Assembly: GCA_013314755.1 (NCBI GenBank)
Contig: JABUFA010000008.1
Span: 708 to 64,707 of the forward strand
Source: Chthonomonadia bacterium
Lineage (GTDB): Bacteria > Armatimonadota > HRBIN16
Length of the DNA: 64,000 nt
Direction of reading: 5' to 3'
Below are positions 58,816-64,000 of this stretch, one piece after another. Position 1 is the stretch's first letter. Every line of letters begins with the position of its first letter. The notes below the pieces were generated by a model. The model ran no database searches, was not told the origin of the DNA, and was given only the letters and a program-made list of their open reading frames with translations. A program made the translations under genes and the position numbers.

Positions 58816-59730
58816 TCACAGTGCGGGCACTTTCGCGGGGCTGTGCAGGAACCCGGCGCGCTGTCTCAGTGTTTGCACATACTGAACCTGCTCGGGGGTG
58901 ACTCCCACCTCGTGGGCGGTGGTCTGGATGTCCATTCCCCGCTCCAGTCGCCACAGGATGCGGTCCAGCGTAGTGTAGTCCATGCCGATTGCGCTCTCAT
59001 CGCTCAGCCCCGGCAGGACATCCGGCGAGGGGGGACGCGCGATAATCTCTTGAGGGACGTTCAGGTACTCCGCCAGCGCACGCACCTGTGTTTTGTACAG
59101 CGGCGCCAGCGGAGCCACGTCCGCCGCCACATCGCCGTACTTCACGAAGAAGCCGATAGCCAGCTCCGTGCGGTTATCGGTGCCGAGCACGAGCAGGTTG
59201 CGCCTCTCGGCGTAGTAGTACAACAGCACCATGCGCAGGCGCACCTTGCACCGATGGTACGCCACGCCCTCGTTCAGCCACGGTGACTCCAACCCCTGCG
59301 TGCCGACCATTACGGCGGAGAAGAGCGTTTCCCCCTCGCCCGGCGGGCTGCCGAACCGGGAATAGTAGTATCTTACCATCGTCTCACGCAGGCGGCGGAA
59401 AGGAATCCACCGAAGCGGCAGAAGGCGATAAACCCCTATCCCTTCCAGCAGAGGCGTCAGGTTGAAGGTTTCGCAGGCGATTCCCAAGGTATCGGCGAGG
59501 TGGCGTGCGAGGCGCGCGCTGTCGGGATGGCTGTCTCTTTCGGGCAGTATCAGCCCAAGCACTTTATCCACCCCCAGCGCGCGCACCGCCAGCGTCGCCA
59601 CCACCGCCGAGTCGATACCTCCGCTCAGCCCGACAATCGCGCCGTCGCGACGAAACTCCTGCACGGCATCGCGGATAAACTGCTGTAGCGTGCTCGCGAC
59701 TTGTGGCGCATTGATGCTCAGTTCAGACAT
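58816..59730 (-). CDS. nadE: NH3-dependent NAD+ synthetase family protein
   Basis: VGLSGGIDSAV, RLRMVLLYYYA, GTDNRTE..IGFFVKYGD, LYKTQV, PPSPD. Start overlaps the radical SAM end. Confidence 0.85.
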   Translation of the reverse strand: MSELSINAPQVASTLQQFIRDAVQEFRRDGAIVGLSGGIDSAVVATLAVRALGVDKVLGLILPERDSHPDSARLARHLADTLGIACETFNLTPLLEGIGVYRLLPLRWIPFRRLRETMVRYYYSRFGSPPGEGETLFSAVMVGTQGLESPWLNEGVAYHRCKVRLRMVLLYYYAERRNLLVLGTDNRTELAIGFFVKYGDVAADVAPLAPLYKTQVRALAEYLNVPQEIIARPPSPDVLPGLSDESAIGMDYTTLDRILWRLERGMDIQTTAHEVGVTPEQVQYVQTLRQRAGFLHSPAKVPAL

Positions 59731-61216
59731 GTTGCACCGGTGCATGGCTTTCCGCCTGCAGATATTCGCGCCGCCACACCGGCTCAAAGACCCGCCGGAG
59801 CGCCTCGTTATACTCCACCATGCCCCGGTAGTATTCAGGGTCCTGCAGGATAGCGGAAGCCGCTTCATCCTCCGGCTCAGGGCGATAGCGGTCAATCAGA
59901 CTGCGCCCCATCGCGTAGTGGTCTCGCAGGGAACAGGGGATCAGCCAGTTTCCGCGCTCACAGGAACACCCCTTGCCGTGTGCGTAATCCTTCTGCCACT
60001 GCCGTATCGCGCGGAAGTAGGGCAGGTCATAGATGTCGTCCAGCGTGCCCCCGCGGCGATACACCTCCATGATGTTGGCGGGCGAGTAGGGCACGAACAC
60101 GCAGGGCATCACCTTGCCATTCCAGTCAATGTACAGATACCCTTCTGGTCTGCCCGCGGCGATACAGCCGTCGCTCAACGTCCCGCAGTTCCAGAAGTCC
60201 AACAGCATCATCTTCTTCTCCCGGATGAGATACCATGTGCGCTGCCACATCCACAGTCTCTGCTCAGGCGTGACCAGCATGTCCAGCGTGTAGCCCCGCC
60301 CGATGGGCATATACTGGAACAGCCACCCGAACAACGCTTGCTGTTGCTCGAAGAAGAAATCCAGAAACTCATCCGAGAGCAGTTCCTCGGCGTTCTGGCG
60401 GGTGGCGGTAAGTGAAATGCCGAACGGCACGCCTGCCTGCCTCAGATTCGCCATCGCCTGCAGGATGCGCTGGAACACCCCCTTGCCGCGCCGCTCATCG
60501 GTACGCGCTTCAAAGCCTTCCACCGAGATAGCAGGTATCAGGTTGCCCAGCTCCGCCATGCGTTGAGCCATCTTTTCATCAATCAGGGTGCCGTTCGTGT
60601 ACATCATGAAGAAGCAGTCGTCGTTTTGCGCCACCAGGTCCAGTAGAGTTTTGCCGTCAGAGCGATATACCAGCGGCTCCCCACCCGAGATGGTGAAGAA
60701 CCGCAAGCCCCACAACTGTTTCGCCTCCGTCACGATACGCTCCATTACCTCCCAGGGAAGATACTCTCGCGAGGTATCGGAGCTGGCATAACAGCCTTTA
60801 CAGTGCAGGTTGCATGTCTTCGTTGGACTGATGACCATTGTAACGGGAGGGTAGCCGCCGTCGTGACGCTGAGCGAAACGCTGGCGTGCCTCTCGCGCCG
60901 ATTGCCCACCTCCCAGCAACACCTCGCTGACCAGCGTGCGCAATAACCGGCGGAGCACATGACGGGAGATCTGTCTGCGTTCTATAGCGCGATTGATGGC
61001 GTGCGTCATCGCGCGAGCTGCATCCATCTTATCACGCACAACCTGCCATGGTCGGTGCGGGTCATCGTTGACCTGCGTCTCCATGCGCTTTAGCAGGTAA
61101 TCCATAATGAGGCGACGGGTTCCGTCGTTCCACAACGCTCGTTCTACAAGGGAGGACGTGAGGTCGATACTACCTTCTTTCAACCGCTGAGTAAGTAGCT
61201 CCATACCCACACTCAT
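59723..61216 (-). CDS. Radical SAM protein with SPASM/twitch-like C-terminus
   Basis: CNLHCKGC, SGGEP, YTNGT, GCIAAG...IDWNGKVMPC; AGGAGG RBS. Confidence 0.88.
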   Translation of the reverse strand: MSVGMELLTQRLKEGSIDLTSSLVERALWNDGTRRLIMDYLLKRMETQVNDDPHRPWQVVRDKMDAARAMTHAINRAIERRQISRHVLRRLLRTLVSEVLLGGGQSAREARQRFAQRHDGGYPPVTMVISPTKTCNLHCKGCYASSDTSREYLPWEVMERIVTEAKQLWGLRFFTISGGEPLVYRSDGKTLLDLVAQNDDCFFMMYTNGTLIDEKMAQRMAELGNLIPAISVEGFEARTDERRGKGVFQRILQAMANLRQAGVPFGISLTATRQNAEELLSDEFLDFFFEQQQALFGWLFQYMPIGRGYTLDMLVTPEQRLWMWQRTWYLIREKKMMLLDFWNCGTLSDGCIAAGRPEGYLYIDWNGKVMPCVFVPYSPANIMEVYRRGGTLDDIYDLPYFRAIRQWQKDYAHGKGCSCERGNWLIPCSLRDHYAMGRSLIDRYRPEPEDEAASAILQDPEYYRGMVEYNEALRRVFEPVWRREYLQAESHAPVQHV

Positions 61217-61308
61217 CGCGGCACACCTCCTGATAGTGCGAGAGGAATTATTACCCTATTACAGTATACGACAGTGTGTCCAGAGAAGGCAAGAAAGGCT
61301 TTTTCGAC

Positions 61309-63915
61309 TTACCCGTTTATCACTTCACTTCCCGCAACAGGCGAACACACAAACATCTCGGGAGGCAGGTGACGGGGGGCGTAATAGCGAGTCGTGAGAG
61401 CATGTCGCACTGCCTCGCAGGCGTCCTCGCGCACCAGCACCAGAATACATCCGCCCAGCCCCGCGCCCAGTATCTGTGCGCCCAGCACGCCGGGCACGCT
61501 CAGCGCGGTATCCACCATGCAGTCGATTTCGGGGGTGCTGCAGGCGTACGCGCCCCTCTGCAGAGCAAGGTCGGCATCGCCGTCGCCCCATTGCGCCCGC
61601 TCTACCAGCTCTTGCAGAGCGCTGTCAGAGCAGTCTTCGGTGAACACCTCGTAATCGGTGCCGTCGGCGTTCCAACGTACCACCCGATCTCCGTCGTGTG
61701 AGCGGTTCATCCACAGCCCGAAGGTCTCTACGTCTCCTTCAGCCAGCAGCTGGGCGGTTCGGCGGCTCCGTTCGCATTCCGCCAGCCCGAACAGCACCAC
61801 CGGGCGCAGAGGGTAGCGATTCAGCTTTTCGTCGTGCGTGCGCAGGTAAGCCATCACCTTCTCGGAGGGCAGGCGTTCCAGCAGGTGCTCGCGCTCGATG
61901 TTTTCCGGCAGATGCGAAAGCAGGGAGTACAGTTCGGCGAGGGAGATGCCCAGCCCTTCGGTGTTCACGTCGCGCAGGTGCTGGATTCGCGGGGCAAGGT
62001 GTGGGTACGTGTGCTTGAGCCACTCCCTGCCGAGGTGATAGCACGCCACGCGGTGATTGAACTGGTCCCGTGCGCCAGCCGTCTTCTTTGCCTGCTGATG
62101 CGAATGGCACACGAGCAGGCGATACCCTGCCGGAAACGCAGTTGTTCCCACCACGCGAAAGGGAAAGAAACTCATGGTGACCACCGAATCGCGCCGGGCG
62201 AACTTCATCGCGGCGTGGTCCCCAGAGCCTCCTCGCGTGCCCACGTACCACTCCGCTTCGCCACAAAGCTCCACAAACTGCTCGGGCGGCAACTCGTAGC
62301 GATTCAGGTGAAGCAGAGCCTCCATCGTCGCCACGACCACCGCGGAGGAGGAGCTCAATCCCGAACCAACGGGCACGTTTCCGTCGGCGGTCAGGTTGAA
62401 GCCGGGCAGGACGTAGTCCGCCAGATGCGCCTGCAGGCGCGCGCACGCCGCCTTCACATACTGCGACCAGTCGCCCCGCGCCGACGCCACCGCCTCCAGT
62501 ACCGGCGCACTGTTGACGAACTCCACCCATGCGCCCGGCTGATAACCGGGCAGAAGGTCATCCATCCCGAACTCGCGGGGCGGAAAGCTTTCGGGGCGCA
62601 GGTTCTGCAGATACACCCGGCGGTCAGAGCGCAAGCCCACTACCACATGCAGGTCTCGGTCAATAGCTATCATGTTCACGTGCCCGCCCTGGTGGTCAAT
62701 GTGCCTGCCCATGATGTTTACACGCCCGGGCGCACGCGCGATAACTACCGGCTGGTCCCCAAACCGCTGAAGGTGCAGGCTCAGCAGGGACAGGATACGC
62801 TGACGTTTGCTCTCTATCAGTGCAGGGTCGCTGCCGTAGGTCTGATAAAGGTGGTTCATCAGTGCGGTGTCGCGCATCTCGAAGGCACGTAACCACTCGC
62901 TGACCGGGCGCGTGCCGCGCGCAGGCTCCTGAACGCTTATCCGGCGTTTGGAAAGCAGATACTGTTCAATTGCCTGAAGCTCTTCGGGGGTGTTGAACGC
63001 CATCGTCTCCTCGGGGTAGGCGACAGGCACGGTGTGGATGGTGGCTCCTGCCTCTGCCAGAATGGCGATGATGTCGGTGAGATACTCCTCGCCCTGCGCG
63101 TTCTCGGCGTTTAGGCGTGTTAATGCGTGGTACAGCAGGGGCGCACGGAACAGGTATACCGACAGGTTGACTTCGCGTGCCTGCTCCACGCTGTCCACAG
63201 ACAGCAGAGCGTTGCCCGCCCGGATGCCCTCGCACGGGGGGATGCGTTCTGCCGTCAGCGTCTCGCCTCGCCCTATCGTCTCCCACAGGTCGCCCAGCGC
63301 ACGCGCCGCCTTTCTCTCCTGCGGGAAGAACCGCTCGACAAGGCGTTTCGCTTGTTTGGCGGGTAGGGGTGCATTCTCGCGAAGAGTGTTCAGCAGCTGC
63401 GCCCGCGCCATGTCAAACACCTCCACGATGGCGCGTACTCTGCCCTCCGCATCGCGCACCACACGCCCCGACGAGGGAAAATCGTCCACGTCCCCTGTGG
63501 CAAAAGCGAGGTCGCTCTGGGTAGTGTAGAAGGTGTCTATCAGTCGGGCGAGGAAAGGTTCCTCAATCACCTTATCGCCCGCCACCACCAGCACATCGCC
63601 CGTGTAGCCCAGCGACTGCAACAGGTCCACCGCCACGCGCGTGGCGTGCCCGGTGCCGCGTGGTTCCGGCTGGTGCGCGTACAGGCGATGACCGGGCAGG
63701 TCTTTCAACACCTGCATGATGGATTCTGCTCCTGCGCCCACCACCACGCAGTGCATGAGGATACCGCACCGCACGTACGATTCCACCGCCCGCGCGATAG
63801 CAGGCACGCCCGCGATGGGAAAGCACACTTTGGGCAGGTGGGTGGCTCCCATGCGCGTGCCCCGACCTGCCGCCAGAATCACCGCAACAATAGGCTTTGA
63901 ACGCGAGATGCTCAT
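61309..63915 (-). CDS. Fusion of a GlmU-like nucleotidyltransferase and a galactokinase-family (GHMP) kinase
   Basis: N-terminal ILAAGRGTRM..PK, QPEPRGTGHA, NAQGEEYLTD; C-terminal APGRVNIMGRHIDHQGG, PVGSGLSSS, GAGLGGC. Confidence 0.87.
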   Translation of the reverse strand: MSISRSKPIVAVILAAGRGTRMGATHLPKVCFPIAGVPAIARAVESYVRCGILMHCVVVGAGAESIMQVLKDLPGHRLYAHQPEPRGTGHATRVAVDLLQSLGYTGDVLVVAGDKVIEEPFLARLIDTFYTTQSDLAFATGDVDDFPSSGRVVRDAEGRVRAIVEVFDMARAQLLNTLRENAPLPAKQAKRLVERFFPQERKAARALGDLWETIGRGETLTAERIPPCEGIRAGNALLSVDSVEQAREVNLSVYLFRAPLLYHALTRLNAENAQGEEYLTDIIAILAEAGATIHTVPVAYPEETMAFNTPEELQAIEQYLLSKRRISVQEPARGTRPVSEWLRAFEMRDTALMNHLYQTYGSDPALIESKRQRILSLLSLHLQRFGDQPVVIARAPGRVNIMGRHIDHQGGHVNMIAIDRDLHVVVGLRSDRRVYLQNLRPESFPPREFGMDDLLPGYQPGAWVEFVNSAPVLEAVASARGDWSQYVKAACARLQAHLADYVLPGFNLTADGNVPVGSGLSSSSAVVVATMEALLHLNRYELPPEQFVELCGEAEWYVGTRGGSGDHAAMKFARRDSVVTMSFFPFRVVGTTAFPAGYRLLVCHSHQQAKKTAGARDQFNHRVACYHLGREWLKHTYPHLAPRIQHLRDVNTEGLGISLAELYSLLSHLPENIEREHLLERLPSEKVMAYLRTHDEKLNRYPLRPVVLFGLAECERSRRTAQLLAEGDVETFGLWMNRSHDGDRVVRWNADGTDYEVFTEDCSDSALQELVERAQWGDGDADLALQRGAYACSTPEIDCMVDTALSVPGVLGAQILGAGLGGCILVLVREDACEAVRHALTTRYYAPRHLPPEMFVCSPVAGSEVING

Positions 63916-64000
63916 CCTTGCCGACTCTTTCGGGCGATTGCTGTGCAGAACAATTTCGCTTCCGATGTGCCGATTCCTTTTGGGGAAGCTGGGGTCTGAC

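Overview
A ~60% GC bacterial chromosomal segment. The DUF1559/H-X9-DG pilin-like gene, the many secreted glycan-active proteins and the overall gene content suggest Armatimonadota (inference). I found no rRNA, tRNA, CRISPR array or intact transposase. Gene content, left to right: (1) end of a polysaccharide locus (wzx, rfbA, wzc-like); (2) parAB, with a perfect parS inside parB; (3) AspT/YidE transporter and fhs; (4) GH88-like/GH-like/SDR cluster; (5) VapBC-type TA pair whose toxin has an in-frame TAG; (6) 2-oxoacid:ferredoxin oxidoreductase, BON and CBM9-like genes; (7) BlaI/CopY + M56 protease + CopZ operon; (8) a glycan locus (beta-helix protein, DUF4838, LacI-type operator, DUF1559 pilin-like gene, isomerase/PIG-L/iolB); (9) truncated DUF1016; (10) aroF-tyrA-aroA-cmk-plsC; (11) purE-selD, where SelD is a UGA-recoded selenoprotein; (12) KaiC-like ATPase plus two cytoplasmic histidine kinases; (13) pfkB operon and ftsEX-envC; (14) a mosaic of REP-like palindromes; (15) unknown gene-phoB-phoR-tauE; (16) a lower-GC type II R-M pair; (17) a ~1280-codon secreted gene split by TGA; (18) radical SAM-nadE; (19) a GlmU-like pyrophosphorylase fused to a galacturonokinase-like GHMP kinase. 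Most notable: a recurrent AGGA-N17/18-GAA (sigmaH-like) promoter motif ahead of about ten genes, the putative copper-sensing BlaI/M56/CopZ module, the uronate-salvage-like fusion enzyme, the pilin-centred glycan locus and the KaiC-kinase module.
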